Shown one piece after another: positions 9,530 through 20,508 of a stretch of DNA of 64,000 nucleotides (the stretch's first letter is position 1; each line of letters begins with the position of its first letter). A model generated the notes under the pieces. That model saw only the letters and a program-made list of their open reading frames with translations. It was not told where the DNA came from and did not search any database. A program made the position numbers and the translations under genes. The stretch is from an uncultured Bacillota bacterium (lineage in GTDB: Bacteria; Sysuimicrobiota; Sysuimicrobiia; Sysuimicrobiales; Segetimicrobiaceae), in contig CAWDRG010000019.1 in assembly GCA_963804645.1 (NCBI GenBank), positions 64,001-128,000 of the forward strand, written 5' to 3'.

Positions 9530-10531
9530 TCAGAACTTGCTCAAGAGGAGGCGCACGGCGACGGCCGTCAGGATGCTGGTCCCGATGGCCACCATCCGCG
9601 CCATGACCGCCTCGCCCACCGGCCACCTCTGAATCGTCGCGACGTGCTGCTCCAGTGCTTTGGCCGCGTTGATGCGTCCGATCTGCGCCGTGAGGGCGTC
9701 CAGCGACCACTCGGCCTCGACGGGGGCGAACGCCTCGCCGTGGAGCCGTCGGACGTGGACGAGATACCGCCGCCTCGCGGCGATGAGCTGCTCGTGAAGC
9801 CGGTATAGGGAGAGGAAGAACGCCGCAATCCCCACGGCGAAGTGCCCCAAGACATAAATGGTGGACTGCCGGTCATGGGCGGTCGCGAGGGCGAAGGGAA
9901 CGAGTGCCACGACGAACAGCGTGAACGCCGCGGAGGCCAACTGCCCCAGCGGAGCCAGGCCCAGGCTCCGATCTTGGTGAAACGCTCGGAGCCGCAACGG
10001 TTGCCGTCCGAGACGGTCCAGCCCGAGAAACAGCGTCACGATCGCCCACATCGCACAGTTGCTCGGCAGCCATCCGACGGCGAGGAGCAGGGTGACGGCG
10101 ATGGCGCCCGGCGTGGGATGGCGCAGGAGGTCGTAGCTCCAGACCGACGCGGTCAGCGGACAGAGGAGCAGCGGGCCGATCGTGCTGTTCATCAGACGAA
10201 ACGGATGCGTCCTGGGGTCCGTCGCACGCGCGCCGACCAGTTCGTCGATGAGCGGCTGCAGCGCGTTCACGCGCCGCGCGAGCAGCCGCACCCCCCACAG
10301 CGAGAGGATGTTCACGTACGCGGACCCGAGCGAGAACGCCATGCCGGGGTACGCGGGGACGTGGTACACGCGGTGCGCGAGTTCGTACGTGATCAGCGTG
10401 AGACTTCCCCAGAGGACGACCCACAACGCCCACGGCGGGCCGAGCTTCGCGAGGACGCGCTCGGACAGGGGGGCGATCATGCCGGCTGCGGCACGATCGT
10501 CGAGGGGGGTGTTCACGACGCCGACGGCCAT
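9530..10531 (-). CDS. Hypothetical membrane protein
   Basis: Several TM segments and a DRSLGLAPLG loop; start uncertain. Confidence 0.6.
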   Translation of the reverse strand: MAVGVVNTPLDDRAAAGMIAPLSERVLAKLGPPWALWVVLWGSLTLITYELAHRVYHVPAYPGMAFSLGSAYVNILSLWGVRLLARRVNALQPLIDELVGARATDPRTHPFRLMNSTIGPLLLCPLTASVWSYDLLRHPTPGAIAVTLLLAVGWLPSNCAMWAIVTLFLGLDRLGRQPLRLRAFHQDRSLGLAPLGQLASAAFTLFVVALVPFALATAHDRQSTIYVLGHFAVGIAAFFLSLYRLHEQLIAARRRYLVHVRRLHGEAFAPVEAEWSLDALTAQIGRINAAKALEQHVATIQRWPVGEAVMARMVAIGTSILTAVAVRLLLSKF

Positions 10532-10671
10532 GGGTGCTCGACGGCACTAGTACGGGGAGCGGAGGGACGGTCCCTGCTGCGCCGGACGCGCCTTCGCGCA
10601 GGGCGGCGCACGGTCCCGGCGAAGACACCCGGCGTACGGGCGGGTTCGGTGGGCCGCGGAGGAGGCGCATC

Positions 10672-11859
10672 GTGTACGATCTGGTGTTGACGGGCGGCAC
10701 CCTCGTCGATCCGGCGCAGGCCGTCCGGGCCGTCCGGGATGTCGCATTCGCCGCCGGGCGCGTGGCGGCGGTCGGGACCGGGCTCGCCGCGGCCGGCGCC
10801 GCGGAGGCGATCGACTGCAGCGGGCGCATCGTGGCCCCGGGCATGATCGACCTGCACGTGCACGTGTTCTGGGGGGTGACGTATCTCGGGATCGAAGCCG
10901 ACCCGAACTGCATCGCGAGGGGCGTGACGACGGCCGTCGACGCCGGGTCGGCCGGGGCCGACACCTTCCCAGGGTTCCGCAAGTACGTCATCGATGTGGC
11001 GGCCACGCGGCTGTTCGCGCAGCTCAACATCTCGTCGCAGGGCATGATGAACAGCCAGATCGGCGAGCTGGACGAGCTGCGGTACGCGAACGTGCCGCGC
11101 GCGGTGGCGATGATCGAGCGGCACCGGGACGTGATTCTCGGCGTCAAGGTGCGGCTGACCCGGAACAGCATCGTCGGCCGCGCCGCCGGCATCCGGCCGC
11201 TGTACCTGGCGCGCGAGGCGTCGGACGCGGTCGGGCTGCCGATCATGGTCCACCCGCAGGACGCGTGGTGCGCGTCGCTGGACGACATCCTCGCGGTGAT
11301 GCGCGGCGGCGACATTCTCACGCACTGCTTCCACGGGCTGTCGCACGGGATTCTGGACGCGGACGGCCGCGTGCGTTCCTCGGTCCGCGCGGCGATGGAG
11401 CGCGGGGTCATCTTTGACGTGGGGCACGGGGCGGGCAGTTTCAGCTGGCAGGTGGCCGAGCGGACGCTCAAGCAGGGCGTCGAGCCGCAGACGATCTCAA
11501 GCGACCTCCACGCCCAGAACGTGCACGGCCCGGTGTACGACTTGGCGACGACCGTGACCAAGTTTCTCCACCTCGGCCTTCCGCTCGAGACGGCACTCCA
11601 CAAAGTCACCGCCACGCCGGCGCAGGTCATCCGGATGGCGGACGAGATCGGGACGCTGCGGGTGGGCGCCTGGGGCGACGCGGTGGTGTTCGATTTCGAG
11701 GAGGGGCCCGTTACTCTCACGGATTCGCACGGCGAGACGCGGGTGGGGCGCCAGCGGCTCGTACCACGCACGGTCGTGCGCGCGGGCCGTGTGTATCGGG
11801 AGCCGGGCGGGCCGAGCGCGTCGCACGTGCACCAGCACGGCCACCATCATCACGGATAA
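10672..11859 (+). CDS. Amidohydrolase/deacetylase family metallohydrolase (dihydroorotase-like) with a His-rich tail
   Basis: PGMIDLHVH, GVTTAVDAGSAG, DVGHGAGSF, ISSDLH; GTG after GGAGGAGG. Confidence 0.85.
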   Translation: MYDLVLTGGTLVDPAQAVRAVRDVAFAAGRVAAVGTGLAAAGAAEAIDCSGRIVAPGMIDLHVHVFWGVTYLGIEADPNCIARGVTTAVDAGSAGADTFPGFRKYVIDVAATRLFAQLNISSQGMMNSQIGELDELRYANVPRAVAMIERHRDVILGVKVRLTRNSIVGRAAGIRPLYLAREASDAVGLPIMVHPQDAWCASLDDILAVMRGGDILTHCFHGLSHGILDADGRVRSSVRAAMERGVIFDVGHGAGSFSWQVAERTLKQGVEPQTISSDLHAQNVHGPVYDLATTVTKFLHLGLPLETALHKVTATPAQVIRMADEIGTLRVGAWGDAVVFDFEEGPVTLTDSHGETRVGRQRLVPRTVVRAGRVYREPGGPSASHVHQHGHHHHG

Positions 11860-11968
11860 GGCGGCGGCCTGGGACGCGGAGTCGCCTCCGGTCCGTCGAC
11901 CGGATCGAGGCGGGTGATTTCGCGCGGGGCCGTGGGTACCGCGGTACGCATCCTCGGGAGGTGAGGCG

Positions 11969-12559
11969 ATGCACCCGACACTGCATCCGGACATGGAGCG
12001 GTTCGTCGACGACGTGGCGGCGATCGTGCGCCGGGGCGGAGGCGAAGAGGTCGTCACCGCGAGCGTGGCCGAGCGCCTCGAGACGCTCCTCGGGTCGGCC
12101 GGCGTCCTCGATCCCCGATGCACCACCCCGCATGTCGATAACTACGTCCTCTATCCGGTGTGGGTGGCCCCCGACGGCGGCTTCTCGGTCGCGGCCGCCG
12201 TGTGGAACGTCGGGCAAGTCACGCCCATTCACGACCACGGCACCTGGGGGGTCATCGGGATCTACCGCGGGGTCGAGCACGAGGTCCGCTACGAACTCCA
12301 GCGCGGCCCAGCGGGGCATGCGCTCCGCCAACTGTCGGAGCGGGATATCCGTGCGGGCCACGTGATCGTGTGCTGCACCTCGGATCACGACATTCACCGC
12401 GTGAGCTGCGGGTCGCCTGTGCCGTGCGTCGGCATCCACGTGTACGGCGCGGACATCGGGACGCTGCCGCGCCATGTCTACGATCCGGCGACCGGGCAGA
12501 TGCGGACGTTCGTGTCGGCCTGGACTCCACTCGACGCGCCGCCGCCGGGCGGCGAGTAG
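11969..12559 (+). CDS. Cysteine/thiol dioxygenase family cupin
   Basis: TPIHDHGTWG, DIHRV, IHVYG. Confidence 0.85.
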   Translation: MHPTLHPDMERFVDDVAAIVRRGGGEEVVTASVAERLETLLGSAGVLDPRCTTPHVDNYVLYPVWVAPDGGFSVAAAVWNVGQVTPIHDHGTWGVIGIYRGVEHEVRYELQRGPAGHALRQLSERDIRAGHVIVCCTSDHDIHRVSCGSPVPCVGIHVYGADIGTLPRHVYDPATGQMRTFVSAWTPLDAPPPGGE

Positions 12560-12723
12560 CGCATCTCGGTTCGCGCGCGCAGCGTCCCGATCTGCGCCCG
12601 CGCGGCCCCGCGTTGTCTCGAGGTGCCTCCGAGCGGAGGGATGGGTTCCGCCGCCGCGAACTGACTGGGGCAGGACCGCCGCCGTCCGCGGCGTGCGGAG
12701 GTCACAGGGTTGGTGATCGGGCC

Positions 12724-13866
12724 ATGATCCCATTCGACCGAGAGCGGTTCGAGCGCGCCGCGCGGAAGCGCGGCATCGACGTCGTGCTGGCGACCAGCCG
12801 CCACAACGTCGCGTATCTTACCGGCGGCTATTACAACATGTTTTTCGCCCGCGACCAGCGCTTCGGGGCCGGCCAGTACCTGTCGGCGGTGGCCGTGCCG
12901 GCGGCCCGCATCGAAGGGGCGTTCTACATTGGCCGGGACAGCGAGCGGGACTTTCTCGCCGCGTTCGGACCGCTGTGGATCACCGACGTGCAGTCGGCCC
13001 CCCGCCGCCCGAACATGACGGTCGAAGTCGCGGCGAAAGCCGCCGAGCTGCTGCGCGCCCGGGGACTGGGAGCCGGGACGATCGCGGTGGAGCTGCCGTT
13101 CCTGCCCGCCGACGCGTTTGCCGTGCTCCGCGGCGAGCTGCCCGGCGCGACGTTCGTCGACGCGACACCTGCGCTCTCCGACGTGCGCGCGGTCAAGCGG
13201 CCGGGTGAGCTGGAGCGGCTCGAGCTGGCGCACCGCCGGGTTGCCGACGCCATTCACGCGACGTTTGCGGCGGGCCGGCCGGACGACACGCTGCGGGACC
13301 TGGCCGCCGCCGTCGAGCGCGGCGTCGAGGAGCGCGGGGCGGAGTACCTGTACGCCCTGACGAACGTCGGCCCCGGTCTGGCGCGGGCGGCGACCTCGGA
13401 ACGCTGGGGGCGCGGCCGTCCGCTGCACATCGATGCGGGTGCCGAGGTCGACGGCTATCGCGCCGACGTCGCGCGCATGGGATCGATCGGCGCCGCGCCC
13501 GCCCGCGCGCTTGAGATGTTCGAGGCGTGCGTCCGCGCCCAGGCCGGGATTCGCGGGCGCGTCGGGCCCGGCGTGGCGTGCCGCGACCTGTGGCGGATCG
13601 GCACCGACGCGATGGCCGCCGGACCGTTTGGGCGGTTTGGGAAGTTCCAGGCCCACGGCATCGGTCTGGTGAGCCACGAAGTGCCCGCGGTGACGCCGGA
13701 GAGCGACGCGGTGCTGGAACCGGGCATGGTCGTGTCGGTCGAGACCGATTACCTCGATCCCGAGATCGGGCACATCAAGCTGGAGGACTCCGTCGTCGTC
13801 AGCGGCGCGGGATGCGAAGGGCTCGGAGACGTACACCGCGGGTGGTCCACGGTCGCCGGCGCGTAG
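12724..13866 (+). CDS. M24 (Xaa-Pro peptidase/creatinase) family protein
   Basis: HID.G...DGYRADVAR, HGIGLVSHE, LEPGMVVSVE, IKLED. Confidence 0.85.
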   Translation: MIPFDRERFERAARKRGIDVVLATSRHNVAYLTGGYYNMFFARDQRFGAGQYLSAVAVPAARIEGAFYIGRDSERDFLAAFGPLWITDVQSAPRRPNMTVEVAAKAAELLRARGLGAGTIAVELPFLPADAFAVLRGELPGATFVDATPALSDVRAVKRPGELERLELAHRRVADAIHATFAAGRPDDTLRDLAAAVERGVEERGAEYLYALTNVGPGLARAATSERWGRGRPLHIDAGAEVDGYRADVARMGSIGAAPARALEMFEACVRAQAGIRGRVGPGVACRDLWRIGTDAMAAGPFGRFGKFQAHGIGLVSHEVPAVTPESDAVLEPGMVVSVETDYLDPEIGHIKLEDSVVVSGAGCEGLGDVHRGWSTVAGA

Positions 13867-14015
13867 CGGCGGCATCCGTCCGGCACGTCCTCACGTCTAT
13901 CGGCTCCCCCGATGGTGCATAACGCGGCGAGAGGGGCTCCATCTCGTCCCCGGCGATCGTTTCTCGGCCGCACATCGCGGACGCGTGGGCGGTTGCGCAG
14001 GAAAGGAGGAGCGCC

Positions 14016-14831
14016 GTGCGGCCGGTCGCTGCTGCCGTCGCGCTCGGATTCATCATCCTGACCACCGGCATCGCCCGAGGGCAGGTTCCCGCCGCGGGCG
14101 CGGAGGGGATGTCGGTGACCGACGTCCCGCTTGCGAACGGGGCCGTCGACCGCACGCTCCTGCTGATGCCGTCCGGGCCGCCGCGCGCGGTCCTGGTGAT
14201 GTTTTCCGGCGGCGACGGGGTGCTCCACATCGACCCGACCGGTGCCATCGGCATCTCCGGCAACTTCCTCGTGCGCACGCGCGACCTGTGGGTCCAGCAG
14301 GGGTTCGCCGTGGCCATTCCCGACGCGCCGAGCGATGCTGCGGCGGGCCTCCAGGGGCGCCGCCTCAACCGAGGCTACGCCGACGTGATCGCGCGCGTTG
14401 TGGCCTTTGTCCACGCCGAGACGCAGATGCCCGTGTGGCTCGTTGGCACCAGCGCGGGGACGCCCGCGGCGGCGTTCGGTGCCGCGATGCTCCCGCATGA
14501 CGCGGTGGCGGGTCTGGTGCTGACCTCAAGCGTGAGCCGCGCCGTCCCCGACTCGCCGGAGACGGTCTTTCAGGCAAACCTGAAGGTCATTACCGCGCCC
14601 ACGCTCATCCTGTCGAACACCCACGACGAGTGCAAGTCCACGCCTCCCTCCGACGGCCCCCGGATCAAGGCGGCACTCGGCCGCGCCACGCCGGTCGAGT
14701 TTCAGACCGTGGCGGGCGGGACGCTTTCCGAGTCCACCGATCCGTGCGATTCGTACGCGTACCACGGGTTTTACGGGATTGAGCCGCAGGTGGTGCAGAA
14801 GATCTCGGACTGGATCCTCCGGCATTCCTGA
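14016..14831 (+). CDS. Secreted alpha/beta hydrolase
   Basis: Signal peptide, GNFLVRTR, nucleophile elbow GTSAG, C-terminal HGFYG. Confidence 0.8.
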   Translation: MRPVAAAVALGFIILTTGIARGQVPAAGAEGMSVTDVPLANGAVDRTLLLMPSGPPRAVLVMFSGGDGVLHIDPTGAIGISGNFLVRTRDLWVQQGFAVAIPDAPSDAAAGLQGRRLNRGYADVIARVVAFVHAETQMPVWLVGTSAGTPAAAFGAAMLPHDAVAGLVLTSSVSRAVPDSPETVFQANLKVITAPTLILSNTHDECKSTPPSDGPRIKAALGRATPVEFQTVAGGTLSESTDPCDSYAYHGFYGIEPQVVQKISDWILRHS

Positions 14832-14892
14832 CGCGTTCGGCCGGGGGACGATCGACCGAACCAGCGACGCCCGGACCGGCGCGCGGCCCGGG

Positions 14893-15897
14893 TCAGCCGA
14901 GTCGGTGCATCCAGAGCAGCGAGACGGCCATCGTGCCGACGAACAGCGCGGCGACGCCGAGCGAGGCGATCCCGCTGACCTCGATCGGCCGGATCTCCCA
15001 CCCGATGATATGGCCGAGCCGCGTGTACACCCGGTCGAGATCGCCCTGGGTGGTGACGCGCTGGTACGTCCCGCCGGTGGTGAGCGCGATCCGCTTGAGC
15101 GTTTCCTCGTCGAGCTGAATATAGGCGTTGCGTCCGCCGAGTTCCAAGAACGTCCCCTCCGGACGCCCCAGCCCGATCGTGTACACCGTGACCTTCAGCT
15201 GTTTGGCCACGGCCGCGGCTTCCTCCGGCGGCACCCCGCGGTTGCTCTGCCCGTCGCTGAGCAGCACGACCGTCGCGGGGACCAGCCGGTCGGTATCGAC
15301 GGGCGGCGTGGCCGGGACCGTGGGCGCACTGTACGCGTTGAGGGGGTTGGTGAGGCGCGGGCGGCCGGGCAGCGCGTACACCGCCTCGAGCAGCCCGTCG
15401 CCGATCGCGGTCGCAAACTCGACCTGGAGGTTGTTGATCGCGTCGATCACCTGCGCGTGCTCGGCGGTCGGTGGCGTGACCAGGGTGGCGTAGCTGCTGA
15501 ATGAGACCAGCCCGACCTTGGTGTCTTTCGGCAGCGCCGTGACGAACTTCACCGCCGCCGCCTTCGCCGCGTCGAGCCGGCTCGGCGTCACGTCTCTCGC
15601 ACGCATGCTGCGGCTCACGTCGATGCTCATCATCACGACCGTGCGGTTGTCGGGGGTCGGCACGGCGGCAACCGGACGCGCGACCGTGAAGATCACGGCG
15701 CACAGGGTCGCGAGATAGAGGACCGCCGGCACGTGGCGGCGCCAGCGGCCGCCGGCCGCGGCCGCGCGCGTCACGAGATCGAGGGTGGAGTACGTCATGC
15801 GCTCCCGCGGGGGGCGCCGCACGATCCAGATGTACGCGCCGACGAGCGCGGGCACCGTGAGATAGACGAGGAGGGCCGCCGGCCAGAGGAAGCTCAT
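14893..15897 (-). CDS. VWA-domain membrane protein (BatA-like)
   Basis: MSFLWP N-terminus, MIDAS DVSRS, TAIGDGL, LLSDG, C-terminal TM. Confidence 0.85.
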   Translation of the reverse strand: MSFLWPAALLVYLTVPALVGAYIWIVRRPPRERMTYSTLDLVTRAAAAGGRWRRHVPAVLYLATLCAVIFTVARPVAAVPTPDNRTVVMMSIDVSRSMRARDVTPSRLDAAKAAAVKFVTALPKDTKVGLVSFSSYATLVTPPTAEHAQVIDAINNLQVEFATAIGDGLLEAVYALPGRPRLTNPLNAYSAPTVPATPPVDTDRLVPATVVLLSDGQSNRGVPPEEAAAVAKQLKVTVYTIGLGRPEGTFLELGGRNAYIQLDEETLKRIALTTGGTYQRVTTQGDLDRVYTRLGHIIGWEIRPIEVSGIASLGVAALFVGTMAVSLLWMHRLG

Positions 15898-16230
15898 CGT
15901 CGTCCGCGCGCTCGGGCGTCGGCCGACGGACCGCCGCACCGGGCGGCCGCCGTCATGCTCACGATCGTGTGTGGCTCCGTCACGCGCGTCACCATGCGCG
16001 CGGCCGCCGGGGCGAGATCCTGACGGCGTCGTGCGAGCACGCTCGACGTCGCCCGCCGCGTCGACCCATCGCCCGTCCATTATACGCGTTGGGCGGACGC
16101 CGCGGGGGAAGACGTGCGCCATCGGCCCGACGCGTCTCCGATAGGATCGCGTCCGGATGCTGGCGAACGAGCACAGCGCGGCGCGAGGCGATGCGATCGG
16201 CATCCGCCCCGGCGCCGATCACACCTGCCG

Positions 16231-17217
16231 ATGATTGCCTACATCGTTCGCCGGTTGCTGCTGGCTACGCTGACGGTCGGAGTGATCAGCGCGCTGTCGT
16301 TCGTCATTATCAAGCTGCCTCCCGGCGACTACGTGACGAGCTACATCGCCGAGATGGAGGCCGGCGGCGGCACGGTCAGCCAGGCCGAGGCGGACGCGCT
16401 GCGCCACCAACTGGGACTGGACCAGCCGCTGTACGTCCAGTATGGGAAGTGGATGGGGCGGCTGCTGCGGGGGGACTTCGGCGTGTCGCTCGAGTACCGG
16501 CGGCCGGTCGTCGACGTCATCGGCGATCGGCTGTGGACCACGATCACGCTGTCCCTCACCGCCTTGTGCTTCACGTGGGTGCTCGCGCTGCCCCTCGGCA
16601 TCTACTCCGCCGTGCGGCAGTACTCGATCGGCGACTACGTGGCGACATTCATCGGTTTCGTCGGCGTGGCCGTCCCGGGATTTCTCCTCGCGCTCGTGCT
16701 GCTGTACGCCAGCTTCGTGCTGTTCAACGCCAAGGTGGGCGGGCTGTTCTCGCCCGCGTACCTCGACGCGCCGTGGAGCGCCGGGCGAGTCTGGGATCTG
16801 GCCCGGCACCTGCCGCTGCCGGCGCTGATCCTGGCGATCTCCGGAATCGCGCAGACGATGCGGATCATGCGCGCGAACCTGCTCGACGAGCTGCGCAAGC
16901 CCTACGTGACGACCGCCCGCGCGAAGGGCCTGAGCGCGACGCGCGCGCTGCTGAAGTATCCCGTGCGGGTGGCGCTCAATCCGTTCGTGAGCACCGTGGG
17001 ATACTCGCTGCCCTACATCGTCTCCGGCAGCATCATCGTCTCGATCGTCCTGAACCTGCCGACCGTCGGGCCGCTGCTGGTCACCGCGCTGCTCGCGCAG
17101 GACATGTTCCTGGCCGGGGCGATCATTTTGATGCTGGGCGTCATGACCGTCGTCGGCACCCTCGCGTCGGACCTCCTGCTCATGTGGGTCGACCCAAGGA
17201 TCCGGCTGGAAGGCTGA
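16231..17217 (+). CDS. Peptide/opine ABC transporter permease (OppB/DppB-like)
   Basis: LRGDFGVSL and the EAA loop YVTTARAKGL. Confidence 0.9.
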   Translation: MIAYIVRRLLLATLTVGVISALSFVIIKLPPGDYVTSYIAEMEAGGGTVSQAEADALRHQLGLDQPLYVQYGKWMGRLLRGDFGVSLEYRRPVVDVIGDRLWTTITLSLTALCFTWVLALPLGIYSAVRQYSIGDYVATFIGFVGVAVPGFLLALVLLYASFVLFNAKVGGLFSPAYLDAPWSAGRVWDLARHLPLPALILAISGIAQTMRIMRANLLDELRKPYVTTARAKGLSATRALLKYPVRVALNPFVSTVGYSLPYIVSGSIIVSIVLNLPTVGPLLVTALLAQDMFLAGAIILMLGVMTVVGTLASDLLLMWVDPRIRLEG

Positions 17218-17219
17218 CC

Positions 17220-18347
17220 ATGGCGACGGTCCGGGAGTGGGACGGCGCGGCCGCGGGCGCGGAAGATCGGGCATCGGTGGCCACCCAGTGGCAGCTCATG
17301 TGGTGGCGGTTCCGTCGGCACCGCCTGGCGCTCGTGAGCGCGGGGCTCATCGCCGGCCTCTACGTGGTGGTGCTCGGGGCCGACTTCGTCGCCTACTCCG
17401 ATCCGCTGGCCTCGAACGCGCAGCGCTCACTGATTCCGCCCCAGCCGATCCATCTCTTCGACCGCGGCGCCTTCCGGCCGTTTGTGTACGCCGTGACCGG
17501 CGCCCGCGATCCGAACACGTTCCAGCGGGTCTACGTCCAGGACCGGAACACCAAGCGGCCGATCCGGCTCTTCGCCCGCGGCTTCCGGTATCGGCTGTTC
17601 GGGGTGATCCCGCTCGACCGCCATCTGATCGGCGTCGCCGGCGCCGACGCGGAGGACGCGCTCTTCGTCCTTGGGACCGACGTGCAGGGCCGGGACCTGT
17701 GGTCCCGCCTCATGTACGCCACGCGGACCTCGATGACGATCGGCCTGGTCGCCGTGGCGCTCAGCCTATGCCTCGGCGTCGTCCTCGGGGGCCTCTCCGG
17801 GTTCTACCCGGGCCTCGTCGACATGGTGATCCAGCGTGTGATTGAGATCATCCGGTCGATCCCCACGATCCCGCTTTGGATGGGACTCGCGGCCGCGATG
17901 CCCCAGACCTGGAGCGTCACGCGCGTTTACTTCGCGATCACGATCATCATCTCGTTCATCGGATGGACCGACCTCGCCCGCGTGGTCCGTGGACGGTTCC
18001 TGGCGCTGCGCCAAGAGGAGTTCGTGACCGCCGCGGAGGTCGCGGGCGCCAGCGTGCCGCGGATCATCTTCCGCCATATGGTGCCCTCGTTTCTGAGCCA
18101 CATCATCGCCGCGACCACGCTGGCGCTGCCGGCGATGATCATCAGCGAGACGTCGCTGAGCTTCCTCGGTCTCGGTCTGCGGCCGCCGGCGCTGAGCTGG
18201 GGCGTCCTGCTTCAGAACGCGCAGAACATCGAGTCGGTCGCCCTGTCTCCGTGGCTGATGAGCCCGGCGGCGTTTGTGATCCTCGCGGTCCTCGCCTTCA
18301 ACTTCCTGGGCGATGGGCTCCGGGACGCCGCGGATCCCTATGGCTAG
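17220..18347 (+). CDS. ABC transporter permease (OppC/DppC-like)
   Basis: LGTDVQGRDL, EEFVTAAEVAG, ETSLSFLGLG. Confidence 0.9.
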   Translation: MATVREWDGAAAGAEDRASVATQWQLMWWRFRRHRLALVSAGLIAGLYVVVLGADFVAYSDPLASNAQRSLIPPQPIHLFDRGAFRPFVYAVTGARDPNTFQRVYVQDRNTKRPIRLFARGFRYRLFGVIPLDRHLIGVAGADAEDALFVLGTDVQGRDLWSRLMYATRTSMTIGLVAVALSLCLGVVLGGLSGFYPGLVDMVIQRVIEIIRSIPTIPLWMGLAAAMPQTWSVTRVYFAITIIISFIGWTDLARVVRGRFLALRQEEFVTAAEVAGASVPRIIFRHMVPSFLSHIIAATTLALPAMIISETSLSFLGLGLRPPALSWGVLLQNAQNIESVALSPWLMSPAAFVILAVLAFNFLGDGLRDAADPYG

Positions 18348-18407
18348 GGCCCCGCGGCGCGTTCGCGGGCGGGACGCCTGCGCGGCCTGGGCCGCAGGCC
18401 GCGGCGG

Positions 18408-19436
18408 ATGAGCACGCCGGCGGCGCCGCCGCTCCTCTCCGTCCGCGGCCTGCGGACGTATTTCTTCCCGGACGAGGGGATCGTCAAGGCGGTCGACGGG
18501 GTGGATCTCGACGTGCGCCCCGGACAGGTGCTGGGGGTCGTTGGGGAGAGCGGGTGCGGCAAGAGCGTGACCGCCCGGTCCATCCTCGGGCTCGTCGAGC
18601 GTCCGGGACGGATCGTCGGGGGCGAGATCTGGCTTCGGCGCGGCGCGCCCGGCGCCGAGCGGACGGTGGACTTGGCGCGGCTGGATCCCGACGGGCCGGA
18701 GATCCGCTCGATCCGAGGCGCGGAGATCGGCTTCATCTTCCAGGAGCCGATGACGTCCTTCAGCCCCGTGCACAGCATCGGCAACCAGATCACCGAGGCG
18801 ATCACGATCCATCGGGCCGTGCCGAGGGCGGAGGCCCGGCGCACGGCGGCGGCGCTGCTCCGCCAGGTCGGCGTCTCGCGGCCGGAGCAGCGTCTCGACG
18901 AATACGCCTACCAGATGAGCGGCGGCCTGCGGCAGCGGGCGATGATCGCGATGGCGCTCGCGGGAGGTCCCCGGCTGCTGATCGCCGACGAGCCGACGAC
19001 CGCGCTCGACGTCACCACGCAGGCGCAGATCCTCGACCTGCTCCGCCGTCTCCAGACCGAGCGGGGCATGGCGGTGATCCTGATCACGCACAACCTCGGC
19101 GTCGTGGCGGAGATGGCGGACGAGGTCGCGGTGATGTACCTCGGGCGCGTCGTTGAGCGCGCGCCGGTCGACGAGATCTTCTACGCGCCGAAGCATCCCT
19201 ACACGCGGGCGCTCCTGCGGTCGCTCCCGAGCGTGGAGGCGGTGCCGCTCACCCGGCTGCCGACGATCAGCGGCTCGATCCCGCACGCGTACCAGCGTCC
19301 GGCCGGCTGTCCGTTCCACCCGCGGTGCCCCGAGCGGATCGCGGGCGTGTGCGACGTCGACGAGCCGGCCGAGACGTCGGTCGGGCCCGGCCATACGGTT
19401 AGGTGCGTGCTCTACGCGCCGGGCGGCGGCCGATGA
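18408..19436 (+). CDS. ABC transporter ATPase (OppD-like)
   Basis: [25 protein letters not shown]-terminal Cys motif. Confidence 0.92.
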   Translation: MSTPAAPPLLSVRGLRTYFFPDEGIVKAVDGVDLDVRPGQVLGVVGESGCGKSVTARSILGLVERPGRIVGGEIWLRRGAPGAERTVDLARLDPDGPEIRSIRGAEIGFIFQEPMTSFSPVHSIGNQITEAITIHRAVPRAEARRTAAALLRQVGVSRPEQRLDEYAYQMSGGLRQRAMIAMALAGGPRLLIADEPTTALDVTTQAQILDLLRRLQTERGMAVILITHNLGVVAEMADEVAVMYLGRVVERAPVDEIFYAPKHPYTRALLRSLPSVEAVPLTRLPTISGSIPHAYQRPAGCPFHPRCPERIAGVCDVDEPAETSVGPGHTVRCVLYAPGGGR

Positions 19437-20503
19437 ACGCCGGCGGGGGGCGCGCGGCCCCGGTGCTGGAGGTGCGGGGCCTGCGGAAGGTGTTTCCGAT
19501 CCGACACGGGTTTCTGCGCCGGCGGGTCGGGGAAGTGCGGGCGGTCGACGATGTGAGCTTTGTGATCGAGCGCGGGGAGACCCTCGCGCTGGTGGGGGAG
19601 AGCGGGTGCGGCAAGACCACGACCGCGCGGTGCATCCTGCGCGTCATCGATCCCACCGCGGGGCAGATCCTGTTCCGCCGGCCCGACGGGACCGCGGTCG
19701 ACCTGGCCGGGATGCCCCGGGCCCGCGTCCGCCCGCTGCGCCGACATCTCCAGATGATCTTTCAGGATCCCTATTCGTCGCTCAATCCGCGCATGACCCT
19801 GCTCGACATCATCGGGGAACCGCTGCTAGTCCACGGCATGCGGGACCGCCCCCAGCGCGTCGCGCGCGTGCGCGAGCTGCTGCAGCTCGTGGGGCTGCGG
19901 CCCGAGTACCTCCAGCGGTATCCGCACGCGTTCAGCGGCGGGCAGCGGCAGCGCATCGGCATCGCGCGCGCGCTCGCGCTCAATCCCAGCGTGGTCGTCG
20001 CCGACGAGCCGGTCTCGGCCCTCGACGTGTCGGTCCAGGCGCAGATCCTCAACCTGCTCCTCGACCTCCGGCGTGAGCTCGGGCTCACGTACCTGTTCGT
20101 CGCCCACGACCTGAGCGTGGTGAAGCACATCAGCGACCGGGTCGCGGTTATGTACGTGGGTCAGATCGTCGAACTCGCGGAGACGACCGCGCTGTACGCC
20201 GCGCCCAAGCACCCCTACACCGCGGCGCTGCTCTCCGCGGTCCCGAAGCCGGACCCGCGGGCGCGGTCCACGCGGATCGCGCTGGAGGGGGAGGTTGCGG
20301 ATCCGTCGCGTCCGCCCTCCGGATGTTACTTCCACCCGCGCTGCCCGTACGCGGTCGACCTGTGCCGGACCGCGGCCCCGCCGCTGGTGGAAATCGCTCC
20401 CGGGCGCCTGGCGCGGTGCCATCGGGCCATGGAGCTCCATCTCGCCGGCGTCCCCACGGCCCCGCCGTCCGGCGGTGCGGGTACGCCGATGCTGCGGAGG
20501 TGA
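19433..20503 (+). CDS. ABC transporter ATPase (OppF-like)
   Basis: [24 protein letters not shown]. Confidence 0.92.
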   Translation: MNAGGGRAAPVLEVRGLRKVFPIRHGFLRRRVGEVRAVDDVSFVIERGETLALVGESGCGKTTTARCILRVIDPTAGQILFRRPDGTAVDLAGMPRARVRPLRRHLQMIFQDPYSSLNPRMTLLDIIGEPLLVHGMRDRPQRVARVRELLQLVGLRPEYLQRYPHAFSGGQRQRIGIARALALNPSVVVADEPVSALDVSVQAQILNLLLDLRRELGLTYLFVAHDLSVVKHISDRVAVMYVGQIVELAETTALYAAPKHPYTAALLSAVPKPDPRARSTRIALEGEVADPSRPPSGCYFHPRCPYAVDLCRTAAPPLVEIAPGRLARCHRAMELHLAGVPTAPPSGGAGTPMLRR

Positions 20504-20508
20504 GGGTG

